Shown: positions 33,818 to 47,493 of the stretch, in pieces
Layout: the number at the start of each line of letters is the position of its first letter
Position numbering within the stretch: the stretch's first letter is position 1
NCBI GenBank assembly: GCA_038087875.1
Contig: CM075996.1
Coordinates: 560,001 to 624,000, forward strand
Reading direction: 5' to 3'
Length of the DNA: 64,000 bases
DNA from: Malacoraja senta
Taxonomy: Eukaryota
Translations under genes and position numbers: made by a program
Notes under the pieces: generated by a model
Seen by the model: the letters and a program-made list of their open reading frames with translations, nothing else
The model's database searches: none
What the model was told of the DNA's origin: nothing

Positions 33818-36610
33818 ATTTTTCCTAGTTCTGACAGAATATCACCTAGAAGAAGTATTAGCTCTGCCCCTCTCTCCAGGGGTACTGTTCGACCGGAAGA
33901 GGATCCCCAACATTTTATGCCTTTTGTGGCTGCTTGTCCTCATGTATTTTAGTTTAGTGACACAGCGTGGAAACAGGCCTTACGGCCCACCGAGTCCGTG
34001 CCGACCAGTGATCACCCCGTACACTAGCACTGTCCTACACGCTAGTGACAATTTACAGACGCCAATTAGCCTACAAACCGGCGCATTTTTAGGGTGTGGG
34101 AGGAAACCGGAGCGCCTGGAGAAAACCCACAGGGTCGCAGGGAGAACGTGCAAACTCCTTACAGACAGCACCTGTAGTCAGGATCGAACCCGGGTCTCTG
34201 CCGCTGTCGAGGCGGCAACTCTACCGGTTGTGCCAACGTGCCGCCCTTCTGGAGCAGGTATGAAACCCGTGACCTTCTGACTCACTGCTGTCTCCAGGGA
34301 GTTGTCGATGAAGTCTCACTGACTTCATTCAAGGTTGGGATCAATAGGTTTTTGGAGTCTATGAGATTCAAAGGATAAGTGAAATATCCAGGCAGAGGAG
34401 TAGGCATAATCTTGTTGAAAAGCAGAGCTTGCTCAGCCCATGTGGCCAGCCGACATCTGCTGCTGTTTTACTGTGGAATTCTTTGCGTCTTTGTGCTCCC
34501 CCCTCCCCCCTCCATCCCGTGGTCCCCCCCACTCAGGGTCCTCCATGTTCTATACACCCCCCCACAGCGCCCCCCCCCCCCCCACACAGGGTCCTACTTT
34601 CTTCCTTCCCTCGGCAGTGGTGTCCTCACTCCACGTGGTCCATCCTCGTCTGTCTCAAGATGGCTATCGGATCGTGGGACGCTCGGAATGGAGGCGACGG
34701 CTACAACGGGCCCTCGTGGGACTGTAAAATGGCTTCAAAATGGCACCTCTTGCATATGGGCTCAGTGGGCTGTTGTGTACGTTCTATACCAACCGGGGGG
34801 ATTGTACTCATGTATGGTGATAGTCTTGTTGAGCTGTGAGGAAAAAATGTATTTCATTGTACCTGGTAAACGTGATAATAAAGAACCCATTGTTCTTTAT
34901 CTCTCTACATCATCGTCTATATCTCCCGTTTCCCTTATCCCTAACCAGCCTGAAGGTCTCGACCGAAACGTCACCCATTCCTTCTCTCCAAAGATGCTGC
35001 CTGTCCCGCTGAGTTACTCCAGCATTTTGTGTTATTTCTACTCCAGCAATAGGATTACTGGAGTAGAAATAAAGAACTGCAGTTGCTGGCTTATGCCAAA
35101 GGTAGACACAAAGTGCTGGAGTAACTCAACGGGCCAGGCAGAGTTTCTGGAGAACATGGACAGGTGACAAGTCTGTGGAATTCTCTGCCTCAGAGGGCGG
35201 TGGAGGCCGGTTCTCTGGATGCTTTCAAGAGAGAGCTAGATAGGGCTCTTAAAAATAGCGGAGTCAGGGGATATGGGGAGAAGGCAGGAACGGGGTACTG
35301 ATTGGGGATGATCAGCCATGATCACATTGAATGGCGGTGCTGGCTCGAAGGGCCAAATGTCCCTTCGAGCCAGCACTGCTTCAACTATTGTCTATTGTCT
35401 ATTGTTGACATTTCAGATCCCCAACTAAGAAGGGACCCGACCCGAAATGACACCCATCCTTTTTCTCCAAAGATGCTGCCTGACCCGCTGAGTTACTCCA
35501 GCACTTTATGACTTGGGTTAGCGTAGGTTTAGTTTAATTTAGAGATACAGCATGGAAACGGGCTCTTCAGCCCACCAGGTCCACGTCGACCATCGATCAC
35601 CCGTCCACACTAGTTCTATTATATCCCACTTTCTCATCCACTCCCTACACATTAGAGGCAGTTTACAGAGGCCAATTGGCCTACAAACCCGCACATCTTT
35701 GGGATAAGGGGGGAAACCGGATCACTAGGAGAAAACCCACGCGGTCGCAGAGAGAACGTGCAAACTCCACACGGACAGCACCCGAGGTCAGGATCAAACC
35801 CTGGGTCTCCGGCGCCGTGAGGCAGCGGCCCTACCAGTTGCGCCAATGCGCTACCCTAAAGGATTAGGAAATAGTATTCAATGGGCTGAAAGGCCTGTTT
35901 CCATGTGTAGGAAGGAACTGCAGATGCTGGTTTAAACCGAAGATAGACACAAAAAGCTGGGGTAACTCAGCGGGACAGGCAGCATCTCTGGAGAGAAGGA
36001 TTGGGTGACGTACTGGGTCAAGACCCTTCTTCAGACTGGTTAGGGATAAGGGAAATGAGAGATAGAGACGATGATGGCCTGTTTCCATGCTGTACCGCTC
36101 TCTATTGCTCTGACTTTAAAAATGAAATCAGTTTTAAATTAGTCCAGAGGGGATAGTGAGGCAGATGATCATGTAGAGACAGCATTAGAACAAATGGATT
36201 TTGACATGATATTTAGCCAAGTCACAATTAAAACTCCATCCACATGAAGATATGCTCGCGCTACCAATCAAGCCAATTCCCGGCAGAAATATAATTATTA
36301 TATCACCATTCATCATTGTTATTTGGAAAGTCACATTCACCTAACCCTGAGATCGCACCTTCAGGAGCACCGAACACATGGTTTGGTTTGGGATATTCTT
36401 GACTTTCACTTGACTGTTGAACAGGGAGTGCTGTTGTTTTATTAATGAGGAAACCAAATAAGATTCAATTATAGATTGAGTAAGAGTGCAAGGAATGAAG
36501 GGAGATTAAAGAAACATCTCCACCAGCAGGAACTGGCTGGGAATTGATCTGTAAACACTTAAGTGCGCAAAAGGTTTTCGTATGAAAGGCACTGTACAGC
36601 TTCCAGTATG

Positions 36611-36831
36611 TTGGAAGGAACTGCAGATGTGTAGGGAGATACTGCAGATGTGTAGGGAGGAACTGCAGATGTGTAGGGAGGAACTGCAGATGTGTAGGGA
36701 GGAACTGCAGATGTGTAGGGAGGAACTGCAGATGTGTAGCGAGGAACTGCAGATGTGTCGGAAGGGATTGCAGATGTGTCAGAAGGAACTGCAGATGTGT
36801 AGGGAGGAACTGCAGATGTGTAGGGAGGAAC
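36611..36831. repeat. 21-bp minisatellite, about 10 copies
   Basis: Tandem unit tgtagggaggaactgcagatg, derived from the end of the abundant aggaaggaactgcagatgctgg repeat. Confidence 0.9.
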
Positions 36832-37587
36832 TAGAGTCATAGAGTGATACAGTGTGGAAACAGGTCCTTCAGCCCAACTTGCCCGCACCGGCCAACATGT
36901 CCCAGCTACACAAGTCCCCCCTGTCTGCATTTGGTCCATTTCATCCAAACTTGTCCTGCAGATGTGCAGGAAGGAACTGCAGATGATAGTTTACAGCGAA
37001 GATAGACACAAAATGCTGGAGTAACTCAGCGGGACGGGCAGCATCTCTGGAGAGAAGGGATAGGTGACGTTCTGGGTCGAGACCATTTCTTCAGACTGAA
37101 GGTTCTTCACACCTTTGTACCCCTCCACGCCCATCTCAATGTGTTTTGGGCCCGCAATGACATAAATATTTTCTTCCATCGTCTCCGTGCCTTTTTCTAT
37201 GAGAAGGAGTCCTCACCACCCAGTGATGACCCCTTCTTCCGTCTCCAACAGGTCCGCCTCCTGAAGGACTTCTGAAGAAGGTTCTCGACCTGAAACGTCA
37301 CCCATTCCTCCTCTCCAGAGATGCTGCCCGACCCGCTGAGTCACACAAGGAACTGCAGATGCTGGTTTATACCAAAGATTGACACAAAACGCTTGAGTAA
37401 CGCAGAGGGTCAGGCAGCATCTCTGGAGATTTATTTAGAAAAAAGGTCTAGAGAGGGTAGAAGACCGTCTGGAGGAGGGGGGGGGGGGTGGGGGACGTTA
37501 GAGATGGGAGAAAAGGGTGATAACTGTGTGGTGAGGACTTCTCATAGAAAAAGACACAGAGGTGGAGTTGACGGAGAAAAGCTCTAC

Positions 37588-38457
37588 GTAAAGTAAAGTA
37601 AAGTATTTTTATTAGTCACATTCACATGCACCCAGGTGTAGTGAAGTGAAATGCTTCTTGCCATTATGCAGCACACAAAAGAAGTGAATACAGACATAAC
37701 ACCAGGAGAGTCTTAACACAAAGAACATCCCCCCACAATGGCTCCCACCATGAGGGAAGGCACAAAGTCCAGTTCCCAACCCCAGTTCACCCATAGTCGG
37801 GCCCATTGAGGCCTCCACAGTTGCCTCTACGGAGGCCCGCTGTTCCAGGCCGTTCTCGCCAGGTGATGTTGCTCCGGCGTCGGGAGAGTCCTCCCAGCGG
37901 CCTGGGAACCCTGGAACGGCCGCTTCCGCACTGGGGGGCCACGGCTTCCGGAGCCAGCAAGGCCGCGCCGGTTGGAGCTCCACAACTGGCGATCTCATCT
38001 AGAGATCCCAGGCTCCCGGCGTAAAGTTCAGCGCCGCCGCCCGCAGCTGGTCGCTCCACAGTCCCGCAGCTCCGCGATGTTTTCCCCAGCGATCCTCAGC
38101 TCACCGGAGCTCCAGCACAGCGACCCGGGCAAGGCATCTTCCGCTCCGCGATAGCGCTCCAGCGCTGTGCCGCCGCCGAAGCCGAGGTTCTGGGCGGTCC
38201 CCGACAGGAAACGCCGCTCCAGGCCCGCTGGTAGGCCGCGAGGACGGGTCGAAGCTGCAGCCCGGAGAAAAGCTGCCTCTCCAGCCAGGTAGGGACCCTG
38301 AAAGGTAGTTTCCCCTTCCCCCCCCACACCCCCCCACCCCCCACACAAAAAAGTCTAGACCTCCAAACAAAACACTTAACTAACTAAAATAAAAAATAAA
38401 AGATGAAAGGACAGACAGCTGCTGGCTGGGCAGCCGCACACAGGACAGCGCCCCCTA
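37588..38457 (-). mobile_element. GC-rich non-coding retroelement with Rex1-like tail
   Basis: Same body as 32832-33540 but ends gcatgtgaatgtgactaataaaaa(tactt)n. Confidence 0.7.
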
Positions 38458-39554
38458 ATGTCATGGTGGGGCAGAGAGGTACAAAGTCTGAAGAAGGGTT
38501 CAGACCCGAAATGTCACCAAATCCTTTTCCCCAAAGATGCTGCCTGACCTGCTAAGTTACTCCAGCATTTTGTATCCAGCTTCCAGACTTTATTGTTTTT
38601 AGTGTTAAAATCTTGGGCTGCTCCAGCATTCCCTCTCCAAATGATCTTTCTTAGGTTTTAGACTTTAGAGACACAGTGTGGAAACAGGCCCTTTGGCCTA
38701 GCGACTCCATGCTAACCAGCGATCATTCCACATGCTAGCACTATCCTATACACTAGGGACAATTAACAATTTTTACCAAAGCCTAATGAACCTACAAAAC
38801 GGCACTTTTTTTTTTTGAAACGTGGGAGGAAACCGGAGCACCCGGAGAAATCCCACGCGGTTCCGGGGAGAACGCGCAAAATCCGAACTGACAGCACCCA
38901 AGGTCAGGATCGAACTTGGATCTCTGGCGCTGTAAGGCAGCAACTCTACCGCTGCGCCACCGTGAACCTTTTGTATCCCAAAGTCAGGGTCAGCATTGAA
39001 AAGAGTGGAGTGAGGGACAGGACAGGTGTCTAATGGCACAAGGTCAATAAATAACATGTCCAGAAGATGAAGGAAAAGAGTGGTGAGAATGTGGAACGCA
39101 CAACCTCAGAGGCTGGTTGAGGTGATACATGCGGATGCATCAAAGGAGAGGTTGAACATGAAGGAAATAGAGGCCACAATGATCGGTTTAATTGAAGAAT
39201 GGAGGAGGTTCAACAAGTATAAGTGCTAACATGAACTTGTTTAGTTTAGTTCGGTTTGTTTAGTTAACTTTAGTTTAGTTTAGTTTAATTTAGTTTAATT
39301 TAGAGACACAGCAGGGAAACAGGCCCTTCGGCTGGAAGGATCTGACTGGGAGGGCTCCCCTCACCGCCAGCCAAGCCAGGTCTTGGTGCTTGTTGGTGAG
39401 TTCTGGCGATGAGGCATTTTGCCAGACAAGCTGGGCAGTCTGCTCTGGGAACCACGACACAGGATCCATGGAGTCCTTTCCCTGCAGTGTCTGCAGGATG
39501 TTCCGTGCTGATCACTGCCCGATGGACTTGTGGTCAAAGGTGTTGGTCCGGAAG

Positions 39555-40222
39555 AACCTTGCCTGGGTCGCCGCGCTGGATCGACGCGCTGGAGCTCCGG
39601 TGAGCTGGACCGCCGACTTCAACACCTCCGGGCTGCGGGACTGCGGAGCGACCAGCTGCGGGCGGCGGCGCCGACTCCAACATCGGGAGCCTCGTGGCTC
39701 CAAATCAGCGCGGCCCTGTCGGCTTCAGGTGCCACGGACTCCGCTGGGAAACCGGCCGTTCCAGCCGCTCCGAGGACTCTCCCGACGGCCAGGAACATCG
39801 GGCCTCTGTAGAGGCAACTGTGGAGGCCTCATTGGGCCTGACTCTGGGGAGAACTGGGTTGGGGACTGGACATTGTGCCTTCCCCCACAGTGGTGGTCAT
39901 TGTGGGGGGATGATTTTGTGTGCTGTGCCTGTGCCTGTGCCTGTCAGTCCGTGTACAAGATGGCGGTCGGAGGGGAGAGTGGACGCTGGTGCGAATTGGT
40001 CGCCGCTGCTCTCTCCTCAAATTGTGTTTCTTATTTTCTTTTGGTGCTTTTGAAATTGAATTCTGTCCTTGATTTGTGTACTGTGGTGTTTTTTTTTAAT
40101 TTTTAATTTTTTTTAATTTTTTCCGATTATGTGTTTTTTGTTTTGTTGTGATTCTATGCATTGTAAGGTGTCCTTGGGTTTTAGAAGGCGCCAGCAAATA
40201 AAATGATTATTATTATTATTAT
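39555..40222 (+). mobile_element. GC-rich non-coding retroelement, 5'-truncated, L2-like tail
   Basis: Homology to 33148-33817; (att)n tail. Confidence 0.7.
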
Positions 40223-40630
40223 TACTCCTCTTATGCTCGCATCCTTCCTGATGGACTCGGCAAAAGGTTCAATACAGCAGACAAACAAGACAGGAGAGAG
40301 AGGGCACCCTGCCTGACTCCAGACCTTACAGGGAAACTGTCTGATTCCCACCCATTGATTGGACTGCACTACGGATATTGGTGTAGAGCAGTTTGATCCA
40401 ATTTCGGATTCCCTCCCCAAAACCCATTTTGGAGAGCACGTCCCTCATGTACGTGTGCGATATCCTGTCGAAGGCTTTCTCCTGGTCCAAGCTGACTAGG
40501 CAGGCATCCACCCGTCTGTCCTGCACGTAGGCGATGGTGTCTCTCAGCAGCGCCAGGCTGTCTGAGCTTTTCCTGCCAGGTACAGCACAGGTTTGGTCCG
40601 GGTGGATCACCTGTCACCGAGCAGACTTGA
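40223..40630 (-). mobile_element. L1/Tx1 reverse transcriptase fragment
   Basis: IHPDQTCAVPGR...LVSLDQEKAFDRISH...GCPLSPVLFVCCIEP, frameshifted. Confidence 0.85.
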
Positions 40631-40989
40631 CATCGGAGGTTTTAATGTTCAACATTGTTCAACAGAGCAGGATCTGAACCAACAATCTCCTGACTCAGAA
40701 CCCAATGGTCTATGGTTTGAGCCATGCTGGGGTACAGCTGAGTGTGTGTCTTGAGTATACCTATAACTACAAAGTCACATTACATTGCAGGCGAACAGGA
40801 ACCTCACCTTACAGCTCCTTGCTCTCTCTGTGTTGTGACATTAATGTCCTTTAAGTAGGTTCCCATTAACAAATGTATATTTTAACAGAACATCAGACTA
40901 ATTGGGCCATAGATGTGCCCTAACCTTAGGGATTACGTTATAGGGGAACTCAGTGAATTTTAGCTGGCCGCAGGCATTCAAATCAGGAA

Positions 40990-41755
40990 CAGGAAGGCAG
41001 ATTACTATCTAAATGGCGTCAAGTTGGGAAAAAGGGGAAGTACAACGGGATCTGGGGGTCCTTGTTCATCAGTCTATGAAAGTAAGCATGCAGGTACCAC
41101 AGGCAGTGAAGAAAGTGAATGGCATGTTGGCCTTTATAACAAGAGGAATCGAATATAGGAGCAAAGAGGTCCTTCTGCAGTTGTACAGGGCACCTAGTGA
41201 GACCACACCTGGAGTATTGTGTGCAGTTTTGGTCCCCTAATTTGATGAAGGACATTCTTGCTATTGAGGGAGTGCAGCGTAGGTTTACAAGGTTAATTCC
41301 CGGGATGGCGGGACTGTCATATGCTGAGAGAATGGAGCGGCTGGGCTTGTACACTCTGGAGTTTAGAAGGATGAGAGGATATCTTATTGAAACATATAAG
41401 ATTGTTAAGGGTTTGGACACGCTAGAGGCAGGAAACATGTTCCCGATGTTGGGGGAGTCCAGAACCAGGGGCCACAGTTTAAGATTAAGGGGTAGGCCAT
41501 TTAGAACGGAGACGAGGAAACACTTTTCTCACAGAGAGTTGTGGAATTCTCTGTCTCAGAGGGCGGTGGAGGCCGGTTCTCTGGATACTTTCAAGAGAGA
41601 GCTAGATAGGGCTCTTAAAGATAGCGGAGTCTGGGGATATGGGGAGAAGGAAGGAACGGGGTACTGATTGGGGATGATCAGCCATGATCACATTGAATGG
41701 TGGTGCTGGCTTGAAGGGCCGAATGGCCTACATTGCACCTATTGTATATTGTCTA
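40990..41755 (+). mobile_element. CR1/HER1-like LINE 3' portion
   Basis: RPHLEYCVQFWSP...EGVQRRFTRLIPGM...RGYLIETYKI...SRTRGHSL; tail tattgt. Confidence 0.88.
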
Positions 41756-42007
41756 CAAATTATTATAATTTAATTGTTACATAGGATTTTGTGCCATATA
41801 CAGCAAAGTTGCAGGCCAATCGGCCCCATCAGGCAAGAAGTGCAGACGTGTGAAAATGCAAACCAGATTCAGGGGCGTTTGTTTCCAGCGTTATCAGGCA
41901 ACAGAACCATCCTCTCATCAGCTAGAGAGCGGTCCTGAACTACCATCTACCTCATTGGAGACCCTCAGACTATCTTTAATCGGACTTTATCTTGCACTAA
42001 ACGTTAT

Positions 42008-42373
42008 GAGGGACGACAGATGGCGCAATGGGCTAAGTGTTCGGCTGGCAACCGGAAGGTAGCCGGTTCGAATCCCGCTTGGAGTGCATACTGTCGTTGT
42101 GTCCTTGGGCAAGACACTTCACCCACCTTTGCCTGCATGTGAATGTGTGTGATTGTGTGTGAATGTGTGTGAGTGATTGGTGGTGGTCGGAGGGGCCGTA
42201 GGCGCAGATTAGCAGCCACGCTTCCGTCAGTCTGCCCCAGGGCAGCTGTGGCTACAGAAGTAGCTCACCACCACCGAGTGTGACTGAGGAGTGAATGAAT
42301 AATGCGATGTAAAGCGCCTTGAGTATTAGAAAGGCGCTATATAAATCCCATCCATTATTATTATTATTATTAT
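42008..42373 (+). mobile_element. tRNA-derived SINE with L2-type tail
   Basis: A box tggcgcaatggg, B box ggttcgaatcc, central gtgtccttgggcaagacactt, tail tgtaaagcgccttgag...gcgctatataaat(att)n. Confidence 0.8.
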
Positions 42374-44977
42374 TCCCATTATCCTGTATCTGTACTCTGT
42401 GGATGGCTCGGTTTTAATCATGTACTGTCTTTCCGCTGACTGACTAGCACACAACAAAAAGCTTTTCACTGTACCTCGGTACATGACAATGAACGAAGCA
42501 ATATGAAAACTAAACTTAACTAAACTAAACTAAGGTTAACTAAACAAACTGAACTAAGCCCTTCAAGCCAGCACCACCATCCAATATGATCATCTAAAAT
42601 CAGTATCACGTTCCTGCTTTTCCCCCCATATCCCTTGATTCCTTTAGCCCTAAGAGCTAAATATAACTCTCTCCGTTGAAAACATCCAGCGAATTGGCCT
42701 CCACTGCCTTCTGTGGAAGAGAATTCCACAGATTCACAACTCTCTGGGTGAAACAAAGTGTGCAGGATAGGGCTGGTGTTCGGGGTTGATCGCTGGTCGG
42801 CGCGGACTTGGTAGGCCGAAGGGCCTGTTTCCGCGCTGTATCTCTAGAGGAAGCAAGCAACACAGGGATGGCAGATGCTGGAATCTTGAGCAAAACAAAA
42901 CCCAACTGCTGGAGGAAGCCAGTGGATGTCAGCAGCATCTGAGGAGGGAAATGGTCAGGCGATGTCTCCGATCATGACCCTTTCTACACGCTGGCTTCTG
43001 AAGAAGTGTGCGGACTGAATTCAATATAATCTGCCTGGGCCAGGCCTTTTTCTGCTGACGATCTGCCCGTTTGGTAGCAATCTACAAAACACACTTGCTG
43101 CAACTGGCCAAGGCATCTTCAACCACACCTTGCAAGTGCCTGTTGTTATCGTAAGGTCGGCAGAACGAGGGTAGGGACAGCAGGCATGTGGGCGCACCCC
43201 TGTTTGCAAGTTCCCCTCTATTAAGGGCGGCACGGTGGCGCAGCAGTAGATTTGCCCCCTCACTGCGCCAGAGACCCGGGTTCGATCCTGACCACGGGTG
43301 CTGTCATACGGAGTTTGTACATTCTCTCTGTGACCATGTGGGTTTCCTCCGGGTGCTCCGGTTTCCACCCTCAAACCAAAGATGTGCAGGTTTGTAGGTT
43401 AATTGGCTTTGGTAAAAATTGTGAATTGCCACTGATGTGTAGGATAGCTGAAGGGCCTATTTCCATGCTGAATCTCTAAAGTCTGAAGTCATACGCTGTA
43501 CCTTCCCAACCTGGAAACACTTCATATCACTAGGCCTCAAATCCTGGATCCTCCCTGTGCGCTCTGCAGAATTGCAAATACAGTAAACCCTCGTTATACA
43601 CGTGACAATAAACTAAACTCAACTGGTGTCCGTTATTGCCGATTATCAGCTATAACCGAATAAGGTATTGTCATTGTGTCAGTACATGGATAGGATAGGT
43701 TTGGGTACAGGGTTATGGGCAAGCGTGGGCAAGTGGGACTAGCATCGATCTGGCATGTAGGTCGGCATGGGCAAGTCAGGATGAAGGGCCTGTTTCCACG
43801 CTATATGACTATAACTCTAAGTATTGGAAACAAACAACTGCAGATGCTGGTTAATACACAAAAGGGACACAAAATGCTGGAGTAACTCGGAAGGTCAGGC
43901 AGCATCTCTGGAGAACACGGATAGGTGATGTTTCGGGTTGGGACATTCCTTCAGACTCTCGGTCTGGAACTGGACCTGGAGGAGTACAGGTGTGTTGATG
44001 ACAGCCTGGGATTCAATTAGATCGAGCGCAGATCCAAGTGTCTAAGCGCATGTTTCGTTAAGCAAGAGCAACGGTGGGGGACACCCACAGTATCACCTGG
44101 CCAGGCTGAGCCGGCAAACTCGGACACAGAGCCACCACCAGGACAATGGACATTAATGCCCATTAAGAACTTGAACTCTGAACTTTAAGGGTAACAAGAT
44201 GGCGATGGAAACGTGGCGACCCTAATAATGCACTTCCTCAGAGCAATGTACTTACGATCTTGCTTAAGATAGACACAAAAAGATAGAGTAACTCAGCAGG
44301 ACAGGCAGCATCTCTGGAGAAAAGGAATGGGTGACGTCTCGGATCGAGACCCTTCTTCAGACCTGTACAAGAAGGGGCAGAGCCGGCTGTACTTTTTGAG
44401 AAGGCTCTGTTCCTTCAACGTCTGCAGTAAGGGCTCCGCTCCGCTCCGTCAACTGCGGAGCATCCTGGACAATACAGTTCACCCCCTCCATAACACCCCC
44501 TCCCCCCCCCCCCCCCCCAATCTTCACATATCCCCAATCATTTCCACTCCTTACTTTAATTTCATGTTTCATGTATTTTGTGGTTTTGTGTTTTATGACT
44601 GTTGGCAGATCAATTTCCCTCCTGGACTAAATAAGTTCTATCGTATCGTAGCGTATTGTATTTGCTGTAGAGTAGTTTTGGGACGTCAGAAAGGTACTGT
44701 GGGAATGTAAATCTTTCATCATCATAACCTTGTGGGAGGCAGAATAAAGCAAATGATTTATATTGATCCAATCTCTTCCTCTGATTATCACCTACTCACA
44801 GTAATGCTAATGATCACATTATTCACAATATTTCATTTGACTAATGAACTCAACGCATTACATATTAATCTATTACCTTAGTTATCAAATTATTTAATAA
44901 TGCATTTAAATAAAGATTATTTTTTATGTTAAATTGAAAGCATTTTTGGTATATTGCTTATTGTAGAATATGCTTAA

Positions 44978-44979
44978 TA

Positions 44980-45020
<41 letters not shown>

Positions 45021-45202
45021 TTATTGGCCAAGTATTCACATACAAGGAATTTGCCTTGGTGCTCCGCCCACAAGTAACAACATGACATACAGTGACAGTT
45101 ACGAATGACTCAGAAAACACCAAACATTAATAATAATAAAACATTAATGATAAAACACCATTGATCAAGCATGTGAACCAACAAAATACCAGATCAAAGG
45201 GA
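44978..45202 (-). mobile_element. Rex1 3' UTR, nearly identical to 24866-25062
   Basis: Direct sequence match plus an expanded (TAAG)n tail. Confidence 0.85.
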
Positions 45203-45755
45203 GATATTTAAATATCTTTAAATAACTATCAAATATAAATGTTAACGTACATTTTAATCTAATTTGCACAGGTATTTTCATAATACTCACATTACTTACT
45301 CAGGTATTACAAATATTAAACAATTATTTAATATGCATATCAATATTTTGTGCTTTATACATCTCAATTTATTTGACATACATTATAGTATTTCACAGAT
45401 TATTTTAACAAATATTTTTAATACCAGTTTATTTAGCAGATAACATGACATATTTATACTTAATGTAGAATACCAAAATATATTTACAAGTTAATTTTCC
45501 ATATCTTGTGACTTTTTTGAACAGTTGGTAATGTTTATTTACAGGATTACTTCATATTCATACTTCCAAAAAAATGCAACAGTGATTAACAGGCTAAACA
45601 ATCAAAAGTATATAGATTTTTTAGATTATCATGCACATCATTTTAGGCTACAAAGACATTTAATATGGACGATAATAAAAAATTTATTTATAGTATTATT
45701 TAGCAGAGATGGTAGTATTTAAATAGTGAATTATAACACAATATGTTTGTTAATA

Positions 45756-45758
<3 letters not shown>

Positions 45759-45830
<72 letters not shown>
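45759..45830. repeat. (TA)n microsatellite in an AT-rich domain
   Basis: Pure TA run inside the ~2.4-kb very AT-rich block 44800-47200. Confidence 0.95.
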
Positions 45831-45838
<8 letters not shown>

Positions 45839-46300
45839 ATATAATTATATTAACAAATATATTAATATTTGTATATATATAATACTCTATATATACATAC
45901 ATTTAATTGTTAGATAACACAATATATGTATTAATAATTATATATATAATACAATGATATAATTATTGTTAATATGAATATATATGTACATATAACATTG
46001 TATTAAAAAATATGTTAATATTTATATCCATATATAATACAATGCATAATACAATTTTTTTAAATACTAGATAATAATATATTTATCAATAGTTATATAT
46101 AGTACAATGACATAATTATTGTTAATATTATTACATTAATGTATATATAACATTATATAAATAAATATATTAATATATCTGTACATACAGTATATAATAT
46201 ATCTGTAAATATAGTATAATATAGCTATAAATATATATCTGTAAATATAGTATAATAAAGTATCATTCATATAATAAAATATATATAACACCATATATAT

Positions 46301-46506
46301 CAGGGGTTCCCAACTTTTTTTGTCCCGTCTACCCCTGCAACTTTAATAGCACATAACAATGTTACTTTACTTATTTATGGACAACTAATGATGAACAGAT
46401 ACCAGAACCAAACACAGTCAGTCAATGAGAAAAAATATGTACAAATCCGGAATCAACAAATTTACCCCCTGGGTAGGCAAAATTTACCCCAGGTTGGGAA
46501 CCGTTG
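46301..46506. mobile_element. hAT-family MITE
   Basis: TIRs caggggttcccaac and gttgggaaccgttg with an 8-bp TSD atatatat. Confidence 0.8.
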
Positions 46507-47329
46507 ATATATATATAATACAATATATATATATATTTAAATACTAGATAATAGCACCATATATTTATTAATAATTATGTATAATACAATAGTATGATTA
46601 TATTAATAATTATATTAATAATCATACCATTGTATTATATATATTTATTAATAGATATAAAACAATTGTAAAATTATTAATAAATTAATAGCATTTATTA
46701 ATAAATATATATTGCATTATGGTATAAATGGTATAATTATTATTATAATAGAATATAAATTCACATATAACAATATATAGAATACTGTATATATAATACA
46801 ATGTATATAGCAATTCCTTCCCTCACATATATATTTAAATACTAGATAATAACACCATATATTTATTCATATTTATATAACATACAAGGCTATAATTATA
46901 TTAATAATTAATATTAATATTTCAATACTAGATAATAATACAATATATTAATATAATTATACAAGAGTCAAGTCAAGAGTGTTTTATTGTCATATGCCCC
47001 AGATAGGACAATGACATTCTTACTTGCTGCAGTACAACAGAATATGTAAACATAGTTCATAACGGGAGAATATAGATATTTCAATACTAGATAATAACAC
47101 ATTATATTAATATAATTATACCATTGTATTATATTAATATTACCATTGTATTAATATAATATTAATAATATAATATGATATATTTATGTCATACGAAATA
47201 TGAACAATGAGGGTAATTTGCTTCTAAAATATCTTGCAATTAAAGGTTTATATTGTTGCAATGGAATTATTTTTGCATGGATTATTTTGCATTTGCATTA
47301 TTGTGGATTTGTTGCCCCCCCTGCATCCA

Positions 47330-47493
47330 TTCTGACGGCGAATCGCCTTTCCTCCACCTCCTGTCCCATCACTGGCCGCGTACCCTGGTCCAGGCGGCTT
47401 CCGTGCCTGGCAGTGTGCGCGTCCCCGCGGCGCCCGGGCGCGCTCCCGAGGCCCAGGCGCGCCCCCGCGGCTGTGAGAAGAGGCTGGAGGAAG
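47330..47493 (+). promoter_or_regulatory. SYNGR1 CpG island / 5' UTR
   Basis: Abrupt CpG-rich stretch (cgcggcgcccgggcgcgc) directly before the ATG. Confidence 0.6.

Noticed and set aside
34379..35167. 262-aa ORF
   Set aside because: Runs through poly-C tracts and several unrelated repeat fragments; no recognisable domain.
36559..36948. Repetitive ORFs (MCREELQ)n and (PPYTSAV)n; CRISPR-like appearance
   Set aside because: Translation of a 21-bp minisatellite; no unique spacers; eukaryotic context.
39390..40106. 238-aa ORF and overlapping ORFs in GC-rich elements (also 33043-33633)
   Set aside because: Stop-poor because of high GC; frames are not preserved between homologous copies.
42017..42085. 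tRNA-like sequence
   Set aside because: Head of a SINE; no proper acceptor stem, and it continues into SINE body and L2 tail.
47200..47493. Upstream in-frame extension of the SYNGR1 ORF
   Set aside because: Begins in AT-rich DNA with no homology; the ATG at 47494 has good Kozak context and matches the orthologue start.
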